Origin: the human T2T-CHM13v2.0 reference genome, Homo sapiens
Reading direction: 5' to 3' (one strand)
DNA length: 64,000 bases
NCBI RefSeq assembly: GCF_009914755.1
Contig: NC_060942.1
Below, in pieces: positions 12,450 through 22,976 of the stretch. The position numbers and the translations under genes were made by a program. The notes beneath the pieces were generated by a model that searched no databases, was not told the DNA's origin, and worked only from the letters and a program-made list of their open reading frames with translations. Position 1 is the stretch's first letter, and each line of letters opens with the position of its first letter.

Positions 12450-12614
12450 ATCTAGCAAGCTGAAGTGTGGTCTTCAGATCAGCAGTACAGGCATCACCTG
12501 GGATCTTGTTAGAAATGCAGACCCAGATTCTATTCCAAACTTGCTGAATCGGAATCTGCATTTTAACCAGATTTCCAGGTGATTCTTATGCACATTAAAG
12601 TTTGAGAGACAGTG
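12450..12614. mobile_element. MER5A (hAT-Charlie)
   Basis: ggcatcacctgggatcttgttagaaatgcag...gaatctgcattttaac...gcacattaaagtttgaga. Confidence 0.85.
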
Positions 12615-12922
12615 ATATATAATCCCACTAAATCTACATCCCGAAAATAGGGAAATTCATACCATCTATCTGTAGCAATCCCATCTGCCTTATTTGACTT
12701 CAGTTAATTAAATTTTATGATACCACCCACTCTAATGTCACACACTTAGTGAATGAAAATATGTAAATCTGAAGAGGTCCTTCATGAAGGAAATAGCTTG
12801 AATTAGACTTCGCTTAAGAATGATGCAGACCATTTATGAAGACCTGCTCTACTCTAGCCAAGAAATTAGCGCCTGGAGAAATTTAGCTTAAAATCTTAAT
12901 CGAGGTCCTTTATTATTTGTAC

Positions 12923-12961
12923 CTTCATTCACCAGGGCAAAAGCAAAGCGAATCCAGAAAA
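12923..12961 (-). pseudogene. Putative exon 7 (39 nt, phase 1 to 1): FWIRFAFALVNE
   Basis: Acceptor tcttctgtttag| and donor aag|gtacaa; open frame. Confidence 0.45.
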
Positions 12962-13567
12962 CTAAACAGAAGATCCATATGTTCTTATTCATTTTACAAT
13001 AAATGTTCCACTCTTATCTGCTCTACAGTTTGCTTTAAGTAATATACAAATGACAATTTCCACCTAAGCTTCATTAAGCTTTATTAACATAGAGGGTTAC
13101 ATCTATACTTGAAAACTAGCAAACTGAGCTGTTTGGAAAGGGTACTTGTTTGATTTGTTATGAATAGTAGAAGGATGAGGTGATAAAGACATAAACTAAC
13201 ATTTCTTGAGCATCTACCCTATGCTAAGTGCTACAGTAGCCGTCTGATATAAAGAGAGTCTCTAAACTGTTAAATTTGAGATCTGCTCTCTAATCATATA
13301 AATATGGCATTATTGTGATCTGTTAAAACTGTACAAACACTGATTCTTAATCATTTGATGACACAAAAATCTGTGTTTAAAACTTTGCTTTATTATTGAA
13401 TAGTAACATGTCAAGCCCTTCCCATCTCCCCAGTTAGGCATTATTCAGAAATATCTAAAAGTAGGACTGAAGTGGTCTTGTTATTATAATTTCCAAATAA
13501 AATGTCTATTTTAGCTCTTAAACAACCATAGAGATCTTATGTGGACCCCTGTGATGATACTGTTTAC

Positions 13568-13599
13568 CTGATTGCAGTCCCTGGAAGTATCTTTTGGGA
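13568..13599 (-). pseudogene. Putative exon 6 (32 nt, phase 2 to 1): PKRYFQGLQS
   Basis: Acceptor ttttaattacag| and donor cag|gtaaac; open frame. Confidence 0.4.
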
Positions 13600-13923
13600 C
13601 TGTAATTAAAACCATTTTGCTACCTGTTTTACCATAATGGAAGACATCATTTAGTCATGCAATGTTTCACCCTTTCATTCCATGCATATCTATTGATTGC
13701 TTCCTATTTGTCACAAAATTTTAACAAAACAGTCTGAAAATAAGTACACAGACATAGTTAGAACTATAAATAGTTATAAATTTGTGAAAAGTGCTATGAA
13801 GTAAAAAAGCATGAGACCATTATAAAAAATGATCAGGAGAAAGAGTTCCTCTTCTGATGTGGACAAGAAAGATCCAGCAAGAATAATCCTTCTGAAGACA
13901 ACTATAGACTCTGGACAAAAATA

Positions 13924-14106
13924 TAGGCAGTCCGCATGTTACCTAAAACCATGTTAAAAGTCGTGCATATGAGAACTATGTCATTGCTTTATATAGTTCT
14001 ATAGTATCAGCTAATGTGCAAAGAGAAGATGCAGTTACAAAATTCACAGGTTTCCATTGATGCAGTACTGTGCATAGCAAGGACTGTGCGTAGCAAGGAC
14101 TGCCTT
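13924..14106. mobile_element. Internally deleted TcMar-Tigger-type element
   Basis: Terminal inverted repeats aggcagtcc (13925-13933) and ggactgcct (14097-14105), with TA on both sides. Confidence 0.7.
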
Positions 14107-14777
14107 TATAACAAAACAATCATCTGAAAGCACCATAGAGTGAACAAAAGCGAATGGATATCAGGGGTGGTCAACACTTTAAAATGGAATAACACAGAGT
14201 ATTTTACCTTTTTTATAGCTCTTAAGCTAAAAGAATGCTGCAGAAGGCACCATGCAGAGTGGATACAATTCCTATAGAAAATCTGCAGATTTTCTGACTC
14301 AAAGAAACAAAGGATAGAGTTCAAAGATACCACAGCTTGTGAAAAGTAAAGGAATAATCCCAGAAAGGAGAGACAAAGAAAAGAAACCCCAAGTTTTCTT
14401 TACAAGCTCTGCGGAACCCTAAACCACACACCCATGAGGCAGACCACAGAAGCTAATTAAGAATGAAATAACTATACTGAGATTTGAGCTGCTGCAAAAC
14501 AGATTGTTTGCAGTTTGACTGCAACCAAGTTTATTACCTGCTAATACAATCAAATGAAAAAATCAACACTCTTTGGAAGAATTTAAAATAGGTTATTTCC
14601 AAAATTATATACACAGTGTTCAGGTAAAATCCCAAATTACTCAAAAAAACAAAAACAAAAAAAATGTGACCCATCCTCAAGAAAAAAAAACGCAGAAACC
14701 AACTCCAAGACAATCAAGGCATTGGCATGAGCAGACAAAAATTCTGAAAAAGCTATTGTAATTATGCTCAATGACAT

Positions 14778-14891
14778 CAGGAGGCTGAGGCAGGAGAATC
14801 GCTTGAGCCTGGGAGGCGGAGGTTGAGGTTGCAGTGAGCCGAGATCGCACCACTGCACTACAGCCTTGGCGACAGAGTGACACTCCATCTC

Positions 14892-14919
<28 letters not shown>
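14778..14919 (+). mobile_element. 5'-truncated Alu (right-arm portion) with pure A tail
   Basis: 14-bp TSD atgctcaatgacat at 14764-14777 and 14920-14933; 29-A run; internal aggttg duplication. Confidence 0.95.
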
Positions 14920-14922
<3 letters not shown>

Positions 14923-15136
14923 CTCAATGACATAAAAGAAAATATTCTCAGAGTAAAAAATGGAAATCTCAAAAAAGAAGTAAAAAATACCAAAAATAAC
15001 TAAAATTAAATACTAGTATTTAAAAATAAAATATATGAAATAAAAAATCACAGCACAGGCTCAAAAGCAGAATGGAGATGACAATCAAATGAGACAGTAA
15101 ACTTGAAGATAGATAACTATAAAGAATGCAGTCTGC

Positions 15137-15440
15137 ATCTGGCATGGTGGCTCAAACCTATAATCCCAATGCTTTGGGAGGCCAAGAGGGGTGGATGGCT
15201 TGAGTCGATCAGCCTGTGAAAAATGGTGAAATCCCATTTCTACAAAAAAAAAAACTACAAAAATTAACTGGGCATAGTGGTGCATGACTGTATTCCCAGA
15301 TACTCTGGAAGCTGAGGTGGGAGAAGCACTTAAGCCCAGGAGGTCAAGGCTGCATTGAGCTGTGATCATGTCACTGCACTTCAGCCTCTACAACAGAGCA
15401 AAACCCTGTCTCAGGAAAAAAAAAAAAATAATAATAATAA
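15137..15440 (+). mobile_element. AluJ-type element with internal deletion
   Basis: cccaggaggtcaaggctgcattgagctgtgatc J-type motif; A/(AAT) tail. Confidence 0.9.
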
Positions 15441-15724
15441 TCTGAGAATAGATTGAAAAAATTAACAGGGCCTCAGGTTCCTATGGAACAATACCAAATG
15501 GTTTAATATATTGTAATTAAAGTTTATTATGACAAGAGTAAGAAAATGGGGCAGAAATAATATTCTAATACATAGTGGATGACTATATCCGAAATTTGGT
15601 AAAACATATATTTACCAAATTGTAGGTTATAGAATTTCATCAGGATAAAAGGAAATGATACTAGACAAAAGCTCAGATATTTAAAAAGAGATAAGAGCAT
15701 TAGAAATAGCAAACATCATTGTGG

Positions 15725-15767
15725 GGTTCCATGGTGTAATGGTAAGCACTCTGGACTCTGAATTCAG
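15725..15767 (+). pseudogene. tRNA-Gln(CTG) 5'-half tailless retropseudogene
   Basis: ggttccatggtgtaatggtaagcactctggactctgaattcag matches nt 1-43 of tRNA-Gln-CTG as I recall it (one mismatch); anticodon CTG at 15758-15760; no T arm or 3' acceptor strand; 16-bp TSD. Confidence 0.92.
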
Positions 15768-15867
15768 AAATAGCAAACATCTGGGTAAATATAAAACACT
15801 ATTGATCCGTCTTAATTTTTTTAAAATGCATATTACTGTTTAAAAAAAAAATTACAACATTATGGGA

Positions 15868-16325
15868 TGCTATTGTTTGCATGTGTTTTGTCCATGCCAA
15901 AACTCATGTTGAAATTTGGTCCCCAATATGGCAGTGTTGGGAGGTGGTGCCTAGTGGGAGGTGTTTGGGTCATGGGGTGGATTCTTCATGAATCGCTTGG
16001 TGCTGTTCTCCAGGTAGCAAGTATGTTCTCACTCTTGAGAGACTGGATTAATTCTCACAGGAATGAATTAGTTCCCCTGAGAATGGATTTGTATAAAGGG
16101 AGGTTCCTACTAATGTTTGGTCCCTCTTTATAGGAGTCTGTTTTTCTATGACCTTCCACCATATTTTGACACAGTGTAAAAGCCCTCACCAGAAGCTAAG
16201 TAGAAGCCAGTGCCATGTCCTTGAACTTCCCAGCCTGCAGAATCATGAGCTAAAGAAACCACTTTTCTTTATAAATTACCCAGCCTCAGGTATTCCATTA
16301 TAACAACAAAAATTGGACTAAAGCA
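15868..16325 (+). mobile_element. MSTB-type (MaLR) solo LTR
   Basis: tgctattgtttg...aattacccagcctcaggtatt...ggactaaagca; TSD tggga/tgggg. Confidence 0.88.
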
Positions 16326-16820
16326 TGGGGCCTATACCATAAATAGAAAAAATATATACAAAAGTTTTATCATCAAGGTTAAGGTGGGGGGATACATTGA
16401 CCTATATGTTTGAAAGATTTATATACTTTACACAAAGTGGTACAATAGAAACTCTAAATAGATTGTAAAAAGGTAAGAATGTATGTTGTAATTCCTATAG
16501 CAACCATTAAACAATAATTCAAAGAGCTATGCTAAAAGCCAATATATTTAAGATTCTAAAAATATCCTATGACTCACAACAAAGACAGAAAAGGAGGACA
16601 AAGGAGACAAGTTGAAATTAAATAACAATATAGGAAACCTAAATCCAACCATATTAAGAATTACATTAACTGTTAATTAACTTAACATCCCATTTAAAGT
16701 ATAGTGATTTTCAGAAGACATTAAAAAGCAAGATCCAAATATATGCCAAAAGTTGTTTGTTTCTTTGACAGTATCAACAAAATGGATTAACCTCAAGCAA
16801 GACTGTTCAAGACAAATAAG

Positions 16821-16851
<31 letters not shown>

Positions 16852-17019
16852 AAATCAGGAGAGAACACAGAAAAGATTAAGGCCATTTGATAGTGAAAAG
16901 GGAGTCCATTTTATAAGAGATTGTAAGAATCCTACATGTTTATGCACCTAATAAAAAGCTTCAAAATGCATTAAGTAAAAACCGATAGAAATAAGAAGAG
17001 ACTGCCACAAATCCACTAT

Positions 17020-17539
17020 TGTAATAGGCAGCTTCTGACATGGCTCCCAATGATTCCATCTCCTAGTGTTCATGCACTTGTGTTTGTGCTGAATCTCATG
17101 ACTTGCTTCTAATCAATGGAATATCGTAAAAGTGATAGGATGTGACATTTGCGATTAGGATACAAGGTCTTGCTAGAACTCCCTATCTCCCTGGAACTCT
17201 CACTTCTTCTTTCAGTTCCTCACATTTTTGAAACCATTGCCAGATTGTGAGATGCTCATGTGAAAAGAACCAACTGTGCAACAGCTCTTAAAACCTGAGG
17301 CCTCGGCCCAACAACCCAAGAGAAACTGAGTCCTGCCAAGAAGCACATGTATGAACCAGGAAGTGAGTCCTTCCCATCAAGCCTTGAGAAGACTGAAGAC
17401 TTGTGAGAGATCCAGAGCCAGAGAACCCAGCTAAGCACATCCAGAATCTTGACCTGCAGAAATTCTGAAATAATAAATAGGTGCTTTATGTCACTACATT
17501 TTGTGGTAATCTGCTAGGTAGCAATAGATAACTACCATA
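17020..17539 (+). mobile_element. MLT1E/F-type LTR
   Basis: tgtaataggcagcttctgacatggctcccaatga...gcaatagataactac. Confidence 0.8.
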
Positions 17540-19290
17540 GCCATTACAGGTTAAAAGTTCCAACACCCCTTTTTCAATAATTGATAGAATAAATAGATAG
17601 AAAATTCAGGATGTATTACAGAAGACTCTAAAAATATTACCACCAACTTTCCCTAAATGTAATTTATACACTTCATTCAATAACAAAAGAAAATATTTTC
17701 TTTTCAAGTGAACACAGATTATTCATTAGAATAGATCATATTCTGGCCCATAAAATAGTCCTCAATAAATTAAACAGGATTGAAATCATTCAGAGTAGGT
17801 TCTCTGTCCACAATGGAAAGGGAAATCAATAGGCGAATAATGTCTGGAAACAACCACCCAATATACAGAAATTTAAATCACATTTCTAAATAAAATTGAT
17901 CAAAAAAAGGTCACTGGAAAAATCAGGAAAAAATAAACTGAATATAAGTGAGAAACAGCAAATCAAAATATGAGGGACGCAGCTAAAGCAGTGCTTAGAG
18001 AGAAAATTATCACATTAAACTCTAATATTAGAAAAGAGGAAAGCACTCAAATCAATTATCTAAATTTCCATCATAAGAAACAAGTAAAAGGAGAGTAAAT
18101 TAAACCTCAAGTAAGCAGAAGGTAGGCATAAAGAGTGAAACCAATAAAAAAAAGAAAACAGATAAACAAAAAAGACAGTCAAGAAAAACCAAAAGCTGAG
18201 TTTTTGAATAGGTAAATGAAATTAATAACCTCTATAAGACTTACCAAGTATTTACCAAAGAAAGGTAAAAATATAGATCCAAAAAGATAAAACTGATCAT
18301 GTATTTACCCGAGATAAAAATAGAAACTCTCAAAAATACTCACACAAAAATATTTGTAGCAGTTTTACTCATAAGTGTCAAATCCTGTAAACAACTCAAA
18401 TGTCTATCAACATGGGAATGTTTGATCCAATTGTGATATATTTACACAATGGATTAAAATTAAGCAAAGAAAAATAAAAGAAACCAACTATTGATACACA
18501 CAATGACATTGATGAATCTCACAGACATGATGCTGTGCTAAGACAGACGCAAAAGCATACAATATTGTATAATTTCTTTTACACAAAATTCTAGAACAGT
18601 CCAATCAAATCTATAATGGCAGATATCGAACAGTCATTACCTCTGGGTGGAGGAGGTAAGCAAGGATTTACCAGGAAAGGGCACGGGGAATTTTCTTGGT
18701 GATATCAGTGTCTGCATATTGATCGGTATTGGTTACATTTCTCAAAAAGTCAAACTGTGCACTGAAGATCAGAAAGAGCTAGGGAGGAAGGGAAAGGGAG
18801 GCAGAAAGTGAGGAAAGTGGGAGGGAAACAGGAGAAATAGAGAGAAACAGAGAGCGAGCGAGCGAGAGAGAGACTATAAAAGGACAAAAAAAAAAGAAAA
18901 ACAAAAAACTGTCCAGGTCTTAGGGGAAAAATTTAACCTGGATCAGGGATAAAAGCATAGAAGAATAATAAAACATCAACTTTGAGAAAAATTCAGAAGT
19001 AAACACTAAGATAAAAAGAAACAGCCTTTAGAGAATGGATAGGAGCTTCCAGGAATGAGCAATCTAAGTTATTTACTGTATTTCTAAGCACGTGTAATTG
19101 TGTTTGTGTAATGTCCACTTTGTAAAGTATCACACTGGCTTTAAGGATGTACGTATGCTGCAGTCGAAGCCAAGTTAAGATTTTTAAAACCTCTATGCAC
19201 AGATAATACAGTATTCTGACTTACTTAGGCACATAATGTAATTTTAAATTAAAATTGTAATAATGATATACTATAATATGGATGGATTTA

Positions 19291-19777
<487 letters not shown>

Positions 19778-20201
19778 TCAGTGTGCTAATTCCAGAGAAG
19801 TTTTCATTTACTTTTCATAAATGACTTTGAAGTTTAAAAAGAATCTTTTAAGTATTTTAGTGCCCCTGTCGCTAATGTTAAAAGCCCATGCATAGTCCAC
19901 CTACTGGATTATCCTGTTCTGGTTAGACTGAGGATTGCTGGTTTTGCTTGTTTTGTATCAGGAAAATTTCATAGGTTAAAGGTGCCCCAGGGGGGCAGTA
20001 AAAATAAAAGTGAAGGATGAGCCAAATCCTTCATCACTGCCCAGTAAGGATCATCCCGACTAACAGGAAAGTGACTGGAAAGGTGTTCATGTCAGATGGG
20101 GTGGAGGTAGCAGTGGAGCAGGTCCTAGCGTATTTTTTTTTTCTATCCAGGATGTGAAAAATACTATAATTTGGATTTTTATTTTAGAAACAAAAACTCA
20201 G

Positions 20202-20260
20202 GTGGTAAATTTGAATTTCCTGAAGACTAGATATTGTAGATAGCAACTCTTTGATATGAC
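20202..20260 (-). pseudogene. Putative exon 5 (59 nt, phase 0 to 2): VISKSCYLQYLVFRKFKFT, donor inactivated
   Basis: Acceptor tttgtttaacaatag|; the 3' end reads |ctgagt, one change from GTGAGT. Confidence 0.4.
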
Positions 20261-20530
20261 CTATTGTTAAACAAATGTGCTTATTATATATTGGGCATTC
20301 AATAAATATTTTTGGTTTTTGAAATATTTGTTCATTTTCTTTGAACAAATATAAACCATTTTGTAGTATGATTGACAAATAATTGAAAAAGTAAATCAGC
20401 TTAAAATTTTAAATTATCAAAATTTTGTAAGAACGAAGAAAAAATGGCAAAGAGAGAAAATCCTTTGCATTTAATTAACTCCAGATGCATTTGTAGAAGT
20501 TTCTTAATATAAGAAATAAAATTACATTAC

Positions 20531-20577
20531 CCAGAATGAATGGTAACTACAGTAATCCTGTCTGGTTAAGGTAGGAA
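20531..20577 (-). pseudogene. Putative exon 4 (47 nt, phase 1 to 0): PTLTRQDYCSYHSFW
   Basis: Acceptor gtgttcttttaag| and donor tgg|gtaatg; open frame. Confidence 0.45.
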
Positions 20578-21225
20578 CTTAAAAGAACACACGTACAAAT
20601 AAACAACTAATTGATTTTGGTTTAATTTTTATTTATTCACTTATGTATAAATACAGATACAAAACTTGTTATCAATTTTATGACATTATTATAAACAACT
20701 TTAATGCTGTACTAGGAATATATTTAAATATTTGGAAACTCATAGAGATTAATAATAAATAGAGAAGAAATTACTCTTTCCAATTTTGGGGCAGTGTCAT
20801 GTCAAAATAGCAGTCTATTTTCAGTTAATCAACAAAGCTATCAGCAAGTATTTGTAGAATAACTGCAAGATGCTGTGAAATGTACAGTTGATATATTGGA
20901 TTAGAAGTTTACAATCTTGATGTCTAATACACATGAAATGGTTAGACAACAATACGGCACATTATATGAATAGGTTTTAAGATAGTGTTTCCATGAGTAA
21001 GTCTTTGATACGAGCTCAAAGAAAATGAATAACACCAGGCTGAAGGATGCACTTTGAATGATGGTAAGAAAATGAGAGGGAATATTTATTATGGAATACT
21101 TTATGTACCATAATCCTTAAAGTATTCACTCCACTTCTACTATAAAATAAGTAAATTGTTTTTATTTTCTTTGAAATAAAAAACAAAAGATCGTAAACTA
21201 TCCACTATTTCTTTTATATATATCC

Positions 21226-21371
21226 TAGCATAGGTTCTTGCTCTGTCACCCAGACTGGAGTGCAGTGGTGCGATCATAGCTCACTGTAACTTTGAACTCC
21301 TGAGTTCAAGTGATCCCTGGCCTCGGCTTCCCAGGCAGCCAATACTACAGGCATGCAACACCATGACTGGC
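21226..21371 (-). mobile_element. Alu monomer (FLAM/FAM-like)
   Basis: Single antisense Alu arm: gatcatagctcactgtaactttgaactcctgagttcaagtgatcc. Confidence 0.85.
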
Positions 21372-21586
21372 TATATAAAATATTTTTTAAATGCTCACAG
21401 TCTTTTACCGTAATCGTTTAAGACACAGATATAAATGAGGGAAGTTACAATTCTTTTCCTTCATTAAATTACTGTCATTACAGTATGAAGTAGACGGCTG
21501 TGGTATTGATCACACAATTTAAATGAAAACCTTTCCATATACATAATTCTGCCATCCAAAATTTTTTTGATGTGTTTTAAACATAC

Positions 21587-22061
21587 AAACCAAAAGGTAC
21601 CCCAATGGCAAAAGCAAACCAAACAAGGTATCCAGTTCATCTTGTTCATATAAAACATAAAAACATGATCTGTCAAAGGAATTCACAAGCTCAAAAAATT
21701 ATTTCCATATGCTGTGTAATGCCAGAAGTAATTTTTAAAAATATTTCTATCATCCTAATCTTATAAACATTTTCCAAGAACCTTCTACATGATATAAACA
21801 TGCTTGATTCTCTAGGGAAGAAAAAAGTAATAGAATGTTTTTCATTATAAGCACTGTCCTTGAGAATCTTAAAATGCTTCTTGAGATATGTGCAAATGAA
21901 AATAGCAACAATTTCAATATCAGGAAATGTTCAGATATGTCTACTGAGCAGCAAAGACAATGCTGACCACAGACTAAGAACTGGGTACAAATTAAAGCTT
22001 TTGGTTTTTGGTTATGATAAAACATGTAAAATCCCTGCTATCCCTGTTTCTTTCAGACTAC
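21587..22061 (-). pseudogene. Putative exon 3 (475 nt, phase 1 to 1): SLKETGIAGILHVLS*PKTKSFNLYPVLSLWSALSLLLSRHI*TFPDIEIVAIFICTYLKKHFKILKDSAYNEKHSITFFFPRESSMFISCRRFLENVYKIRMIEIFLKITSGITQHMEIIF/ELVNSFDRSCFYVLYEQDELDTLFGLLLPLGYLLV
   Basis: Acceptor ttccccttttttatgtcaatcag| and donor ttt|gtatgt; only 2 stops (22014-22012, 21933-21931) and one extra base in the run at 21693-21698 over about 157 AT-rich codons. Confidence 0.6.
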
Positions 22062-22577
22062 CTGATTGACATAAAAAAGGGGGAAGTTAAAGCAATATGT
22101 AAATGAGAAAGCACTGAAACAAGGTGGAATGTTCAAGCTGATCTGGTGATGCAGGTCAGGGACAAAAAGGAGGAAAGATCAAGATAATCTTGTGTGATAT
22201 TTGTGGCACATATAAAATACAAGCATCTTGATTAACAAAGAAAATTTGCATATTATTAGAAAAATCATTACACATATAAATACACTTTGAACTATCTCAA
22301 AATGTATCCCCTAAAGGCTAAAATATTCTATTTCCCAACAATAAGTTTTAATTATGGATCTACCCACATATTTACTACACAATTTTAAAGATGACAAATT
22401 GGTTAGTTTAGCTTCATCCTCCCTCCTTTATTTTTCATTTAGTTTTTCATAACACATAAGGCTTCTCAACATCAAATAAATTATATGGTATTTGCTGTAG
22501 CAATTAACTTTCAAATTAAAATGTGTGCTTGTTAACATAGTTCCTGATGGTCTACAAGAGATTTGGGCTGTATCTAC

Positions 22578-22925
22578 CTGATATGTAAAGAATCATTTCA
22601 GCAGGAAAAAATTAAATCAGTCAAGCTGATTTTTCATAAATAAAATTGTTTTGACTAAGCTTTTCACTTTGTAACAGTTTCTTTGGTATTTTTTAAAAAC
22701 ATTAGGTTTTCTTCAGAAAACATCAAAGAAAATTTTGACATTTTCCTGAAATAAGTAGACAGCTATTCAGATAATTAATGTGCAATAAGTAGTAGGGGTT
22801 TTCTGGTCTTTAATTATTTGGATAAGTCATCTATGTTGAACAGATTTATTTGCCAGTATTTGCCATTGATATTTCTGATTTATTCAGTACAATCCATGGT
22901 TACATGTATCAAGATATTCTGTATT
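22578..22925 (-). pseudogene. Putative exon 2 (348 nt, phase 2 to 1), heavily decayed: IQNILIHVTMDCTE*IRNINGKYWQINLFNIDDLSK*...FRKMSKFSLMFSEENLMFLK/IPKKLLQSEKLSQNNFIYEKSA*LI*FFPAEMILYIS
   Basis: Acceptor (tg)n-tctgcccaag| (alternative acttatttcag| starting at 22745) and donor cag|gtagat; 6 stops and 1 frameshift, so the 5' boundary is uncertain. Confidence 0.4.
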
Positions 22926-22933
22926 CTTGGGCA

Positions 22934-22934
<1 letters not shown>

Positions 22935-22975
<41 letters not shown>
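22935..22975. repeat. (CA)n microsatellite
   Basis: About 20 perfect units. Confidence 0.97.

Positions 22976-22976
<1 letters not shown>

Larger units (their letters stand above)
13850..18775 (+). mobile_element. Old fragmented L1M (5' region, ORF1/ORF2 remnants, L1ME-like 3' end) hosting several insertions
   Basis: A-rich L1 sense sequence, including endonuclease-region remnants at 16630-18240 and 3' motifs at 18300-18775. Confidence 0.7.

Noticed and set aside
15725-15767. Functional tRNA-Gln gene
   Set aside because: Only the 5' 43 nt are present; there is no variable loop, T arm/B box, 3' acceptor strand or terminator.
19983-20000. CTCF-like motif gccccaggggggcagta
   Set aside because: An extra G breaks the core spacing; motif-only evidence is too weak.
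22578-22925. Minus-strand frame of 116 codons interrupted only by six TGA codons (possible selenoprotein, mitochondrial or code-4 sequence)
   Set aside because: It contains AGA codons (stops in vertebrate mitochondria) and has no likeness to mtDNA genes or selenoproteins; I identified no SECIS. It is better explained as an off-frame of a decayed exon or as chance.
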